Assembly: GCA_965205975.1 (NCBI GenBank)
Contig: OZ242195.1
Coordinates: 3,424,001 to 3,488,000 of the forward strand
From: Candidatus Latescibacterota bacterium
GTDB taxonomy: Bacteria; Latescibacterota; UBA2968
Length of the DNA: 64,000 nt
Reading direction: 5' to 3'
Part shown: positions 60,160 through 64,000 of the stretch, piece by piece
Layout of the letters: each line of letters starts with the position of its first letter
How positions within the stretch are numbered: the stretch's first letter is position 1
The notes under the pieces: generated by a model
Databases searched by the model: none
Told to the model about the DNA's origin: nothing
Seen by the model: the letters and a program-made list of their open reading frames with translations, nothing else
Position numbers and translations under genes: made by a program

Positions 60160-61011
60160 ATGAATAGGACAGTGTTGAATCTTGAAACCGTGACACCAAT
60201 GTTTCTACATGGAGAGAATAGTCGAAATCTCGAACTTCGACCACCGCCATTCAAATCACTGATGCGTTATTGGTGGCGAACTGTGCAGGATTGCAACGAG
60301 ACATTTCTTCGAGAAAAAGAAGCAGCGTTATTTGGTAGTACAAAAGGTAAATCACCATTTTCAATTCGTATTTTAGGAGAAACGAAACTGGACTGTAGGA
60401 ACTATAAGCCGTTGCCTCATCGAACCGATAATCGTGGTTTTTTCGCAGATGCTTATAAAGAGGGACAGTCATTTGACCTGTATCTGATTATAACGAATGG
60501 CTCAAATGTCCCGAATTATGCACAGATTGCAAAACTTGGCTTACTACTCGGTGGTGTTGGCAATCGCTCTCGACGCGGATTCGGTTCGATCCGGGAAACA
60601 AGCTGGAATTTCACAAATGTGTCCAATCTGCGACAGGAAATTTTGGATACTCTCAACACTGTCGCAGACAATGATCGTTTTCAGATGAAGGGCAAGATCA
60701 TTGAATCCAAACTCACCCATTTCCCAAGCTATCCTGTTATTCAGTGTATATTTTTTGGCAACCCAACACCCGATGTTGACACCCTATTAAGAAAAATCGG
60801 ACAGGCGACACATGAAGCAAAGAGAAAAAATCGTGACCATACACTCGGAGAAGGTACGCCGCGTATGGCATCGCCTGTGATCGTTAGAATCCAAAAAGTT
60901 GGAAATAAATTTATTCCGGTTGTCACGCAACTTCACTCGATTTATCCGCAATACACGCCAAATAATTTTGAGCAGAAGCAAAAGGATTTTATTAACGCGA
61001 TCATTACGTAG
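60160..61011 (+). CDS. cmr1: Type III-B RAMP protein Cmr1
   Basis: ETVTPMFLHG, ELRPPPFKSLMRYWWR, LFGST, GGVGNRSRRGFGS, RMASPV. Confidence 0.9.
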   Translation: MNRTVLNLETVTPMFLHGENSRNLELRPPPFKSLMRYWWRTVQDCNETFLREKEAALFGSTKGKSPFSIRILGETKLDCRNYKPLPHRTDNRGFFADAYKEGQSFDLYLIITNGSNVPNYAQIAKLGLLLGGVGNRSRRGFGSIRETSWNFTNVSNLRQEILDTLNTVADNDRFQMKGKIIESKLTHFPSYPVIQCIFFGNPTPDVDTLLRKIGQATHEAKRKNRDHTLGEGTPRMASPVIVRIQKVGNKFIPVVTQLHSIYPQYTPNNFEQKQKDFINAIIT

Positions 61012-61022
61012 GAGGTATCCCA

Positions 61023-62906
61023 ATGAGTGGCAACCAGTCGAAACGTCTCATGCTCATGTTTACAATTGGTCCTGTACAATCGTTCATCGAAGCAGCCCGG
61101 AAGACAGAGGACTTGTGGATGGGGAGTTATATTCTGTCTTATCTCATCGCCAAAGCAATGGACAAAGTTCGAGGCGACGATATTGAGCTAATATATCCTG
61201 CTATTGGCAACCAATCGCCATTTGATTTTTGGCAGCAACAAGATTTCGCAACCCCATCTTTTCCCAATCTCTTTTTAGCAATTGGTAAAGGCACTGAGGT
61301 TTCTCAGGATGCGTTGGTCGAACTCGCAAAAGACGCTGAACGTACTGTAAAAACTGAATTTGAGCAAATGGCTAAATGTGTGATTGATGAAGCATTCAGC
61401 AAGTGGAGTGGCACTTATGTTGAGGAAGTGTTCAAACGACAAATCTCGGATTTTTTTGATATATATTGGGTGATTACTGAAGAAACAGATCAAAATTATG
61501 GGGATTGGTACGCCCACACCGCAGGTAGTCTTGCAGCTATCAAAAACTGCCGGACATTTGCACAAATCTGTGAGTTTGGACGAAAGTGTTCACTTGATGG
61601 AACACGCGAAATTCTCCATTTGAGGCAAGACGAACCTGTGCGAGAAGCAATGAAATGGTGGCAGGGTTTTGCTGAACGCGAACCAAAGTATTGTCGCGGA
61701 GAAGAGGCCCTCTGTGCTGTCTCACTAACCAAGCGAATGGGAAGACATTTTCTGGAGACCCAATCGGAATTTTCAGACGATTTTTCAGGCCAACCTCTGA
61801 GCTTTCCATCCACATCAGAGATAGCGACAGCGGACTTCAAAGAACAATTTCAATACAATATTGGGGCCTTAGGCATTTATGGAGATTTCGTTAAAGAAGT
61901 TAAAAAACTGAGGGCATTGGACAACAAACCAGCAGATATTCCAATTGTTCAACCCTTGCCAAAAGTCGGGATGCTCCAGGGGAATATTGACGGCGAATGG
62001 CTGTACGAAGAGACATGGAGCGAGTCCTATCTGAGAGGTTACTACAACATTGATGCAAAAAACGAGAAGAAGCAGATTAGTACTTGTAAGAGATTGCGTC
62101 AAAAACTTGTCCAATATCTCGGTGAACCGGGGCGATATTATGTCGCCATTGCACTTGATGGAGATAACATGGGCGAGAAGATTCGGGAAGCTAAAAGCAA
62201 GGAAGATCACAAAAAACGTAGCGGTGATCTGATTCAATACACGGAAGATGCTCGTCGGATTATTGAACAGGATCATCTCGGAAAGTTGATATATGCGGGC
62301 GGTGACGACATTCTTGCACTCACAAATCTTAAAGACCTCTTGCCTATATTGAAAGGGTTGCGTGAGAAATTCCCCAATTTCACGACAGCTTCGGCAGGCG
62401 TGTGTATTGCTCACAACAAGGTTCCGCTTGGAGATGTACTTCAGCAAGCGCGTCGGATGGAGAAAGCAGCGAAAAATGAAGGTGAACGTAATGCATTTGG
62501 AATCACACTGTTCAAACACTCTGGAAATATTAGCCAGGCGGTAACAAAGTGGACACACGGCGATTTGGATGTGCTCGACATCAGTGAGGAGTTGCTCAAC
62601 TTGTTGAGCGATAATGAAATTTCCAAGCGTTTTTTGTACGCTTTCCGTGAGACATTTGCAAAATTAATTGAAGACAAAGATGATTTTGGAGAACTGGGCC
62701 GTCACCTTATTCAAGCTGAGTTTGAACGGATTATGGAACGAGCACAGTCGAACAAAAAAACAGAATCCAAAGAGAGTCAACAAACCATCCATACACTTAC
62801 TCAACTCATCTATCATATCCAGCCTTTCTCTCACTTTCTCGGGTATTTAGAAATTATCAATTTCATTGCGAGGATAAAAAATGAAACTGTTTCTCCAACC
62901 CAATGA
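61023..62906 (+). CDS. cas10: Type III-B Cas10/Cmr2 (HD-less, intact GGDD palm)
   Basis: FTIGPVQSFIEAARKTEDLWMGSYILS, FPSTSEIA, ALDGDNMG, LIYAGGDD. Confidence 0.93.
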   Translation: MSGNQSKRLMLMFTIGPVQSFIEAARKTEDLWMGSYILSYLIAKAMDKVRGDDIELIYPAIGNQSPFDFWQQQDFATPSFPNLFLAIGKGTEVSQDALVELAKDAERTVKTEFEQMAKCVIDEAFSKWSGTYVEEVFKRQISDFFDIYWVITEETDQNYGDWYAHTAGSLAAIKNCRTFAQICEFGRKCSLDGTREILHLRQDEPVREAMKWWQGFAEREPKYCRGEEALCAVSLTKRMGRHFLETQSEFSDDFSGQPLSFPSTSEIATADFKEQFQYNIGALGIYGDFVKEVKKLRALDNKPADIPIVQPLPKVGMLQGNIDGEWLYEETWSESYLRGYYNIDAKNEKKQISTCKRLRQKLVQYLGEPGRYYVAIALDGDNMGEKIREAKSKEDHKKRSGDLIQYTEDARRIIEQDHLGKLIYAGGDDILALTNLKDLLPILKGLREKFPNFTTASAGVCIAHNKVPLGDVLQQARRMEKAAKNEGERNAFGITLFKHSGNISQAVTKWTHGDLDVLDISEELLNLLSDNEISKRFLYAFRETFAKLIEDKDDFGELGRHLIQAEFERIMERAQSNKKTESKESQQTIHTLTQLIYHIQPFSHFLGYLEIINFIARIKNETVSPTQ

Positions 62907-64000
62907 TACCTTCTTTTTTCGCGACGGGCGTCCTTTTACAAAAGGTGAACAGTCTGAAGGTCATTCAATTTTTCCACCCCTTCCCTCGACAGTTCTCGGT
63001 GCGTTGCGTACTGCATACATCGCTGAATTTGGTGATCTATCGCTTTTCTATTCCGGCGGGATGCGAGAGACGATTGGTACGCCGGAATCATTGGACAATG
63101 CTATTCAAGTGCGCAGTGTTTTTCTTGCAAATAAGCGAAACAATCAGATGGATCGAATGGAAATATTTTTTCCGGTGCCCCTTGATCTGGTATATAAAAA
63201 AACAAAAACTGAAAAGAGAGATGATCATACCCTCCTTCATTTACTGGTGCCGCAATCTAAAAATTTTGTGTCGAATGGGATAATCAGCACGCCACTTACA
63301 TGGCTAAATTCCGAGTCTATTGATTTCGATGCAGATGGATTGTTGCGACTGGGGGCAATCACACGATACTTACAAGGAAACAGTCAGAACCTGCTTCTTA
63401 CAAATCGGGCAACATTGGTTAAGCGCGAAACCAAAACGGGCATCGCGCGGGATAGACACACTTTGTCATCCGAAGAACACATGTTGTATCGTGTTGATAT
63501 GTCCAGATTTAAAAATAGAGATGGCAATTACGGCTTTTTGGTAGAATATGAATGCTCCAGGAATTTGCCACAAAAAGGACTTTTGAAATTAGGTGGAGAA
63601 GGCAAAGGTTTTGTCTATCAGCACAGCAACTATGATATTGATCCACTGTCCAGCCGTCTTGAGGCAGTCAAACGTGCCATCCAATCAACAAACAGATTCA
63701 AGCTATATTTTGCAACGCCGACCATATTCCGGAACGGATGGTTGCCTTCATGGTTGAATAGCGATACGCTTTCGGGTGAATACCCACTGGAGAATACGGC
63801 ACCAATTTCAATCAAATTAATCACCGCCGCGGTTGGTAAACCTGTTCCTGTTGGCGGATGGGACATGGCAAAAGGTGAGGCAAAACCCACTTATCGCGCA
63901 GTACCTGCTGGTAGCGTCTATTACTTTGAACTGATGGATAAAAATCGAATTGATGATTTAATCGCCGCTTTTCACTACCAAAACATCAGCGAGGAGCGTT
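62881..64000 (+). CDS. cmr3: Type III-B Cmr3 (runs off the window end)
   Basis: MKLFLQPNDTFFFRDGRPF, FPPLPSTVLGALRT, KLGGEGK, YFATP, GGWD, AVPAGSVYYF. Missing from the ORF track because it has no stop in the window. Confidence 0.92.
   Translation, partial: MKLFLQPNDTFFFRDGRPFTKGEQSEGHSIFPPLPSTVLGALRTAYIAEFGDLSLFYSGGMRETIGTPESLDNAIQVRSVFLANKRNNQMDRMEIFFPVPLDLVYKKTKTEKRDDHTLLHLLVPQSKNFVSNGIISTPLTWLNSESIDFDADGLLRLGAITRYLQGNSQNLLLTNRATLVKRETKTGIARDRHTLSSEEHMLYRVDMSRFKNRDGNYGFLVEYECSRNLPQKGLLKLGGEGKGFVYQHSNYDIDPLSSRLEAVKRAIQSTNRFKLYFATPTIFRNGWLPSWLNSDTLSGEYPLENTAPISIKLITAAVGKPVPVGGWDMAKGEAKPTYRAVPAGSVYYFELMDKNRIDDLIAAFHYQNISEER

Noticed and set aside
62903..63890. Short ORFs 62903..63283, 63320..63544 and 63630..63890
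   Set aside because: They overlap the continuous cmr3 frame starting at 62881.

Overview
Bacterial chromosomal window in which housekeeping and sugar/sulfate-catabolic genes alternate with defence islands. From left to right it holds: (1) a selenium locus with tRNA-Sec, a UGA-containing selD and a WASW-U-GC thioredoxin-like selenoprotein, both UGA genes being cut by the ORF track; (2) msrP, citrate synthase and a dgoD/SDR/phosphodiesterase operon; (3) a complete type I-C CRISPR-Cas locus (cas3-5-8c-7-4-1-2) with a 35-repeat array; (4) toxin-antitoxin genes and sulfatase, glycosidase, esterase and dipeptidase genes; (5) a defence island with HigBA, McrBC, a stand-alone TIR protein and a fused BsuBI/PstI-type R-M gene; (6) the start of a type III-B (Cmr) locus. 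The most notable object is at 55.9-59.0 kb. A protein fusing an NE0113/Csm6-type CARF domain to a sigma54 enhancer-binding AAA+/Fis-HTH module lies directly upstream of two near-identical sigma54 promoters (TGGCACGCGGATTGCA). Each promoter has a pair of GTGCA-N4-TGCAC palindromes about 100 bp upstream and an IHF-like site at the same distance. One precedes cas6, the other ykvA-cmr1-cas10-cmr3. This suggests, as an inference, a cyclic-oligoadenylate-sensing sigma54 circuit controlling a type III CRISPR system. A second recurrent pattern is that accessory genes are repeatedly flanked by diverged duplicates of neighbouring host sequence. All functional calls come from motif recognition by eye; no database searches were run.
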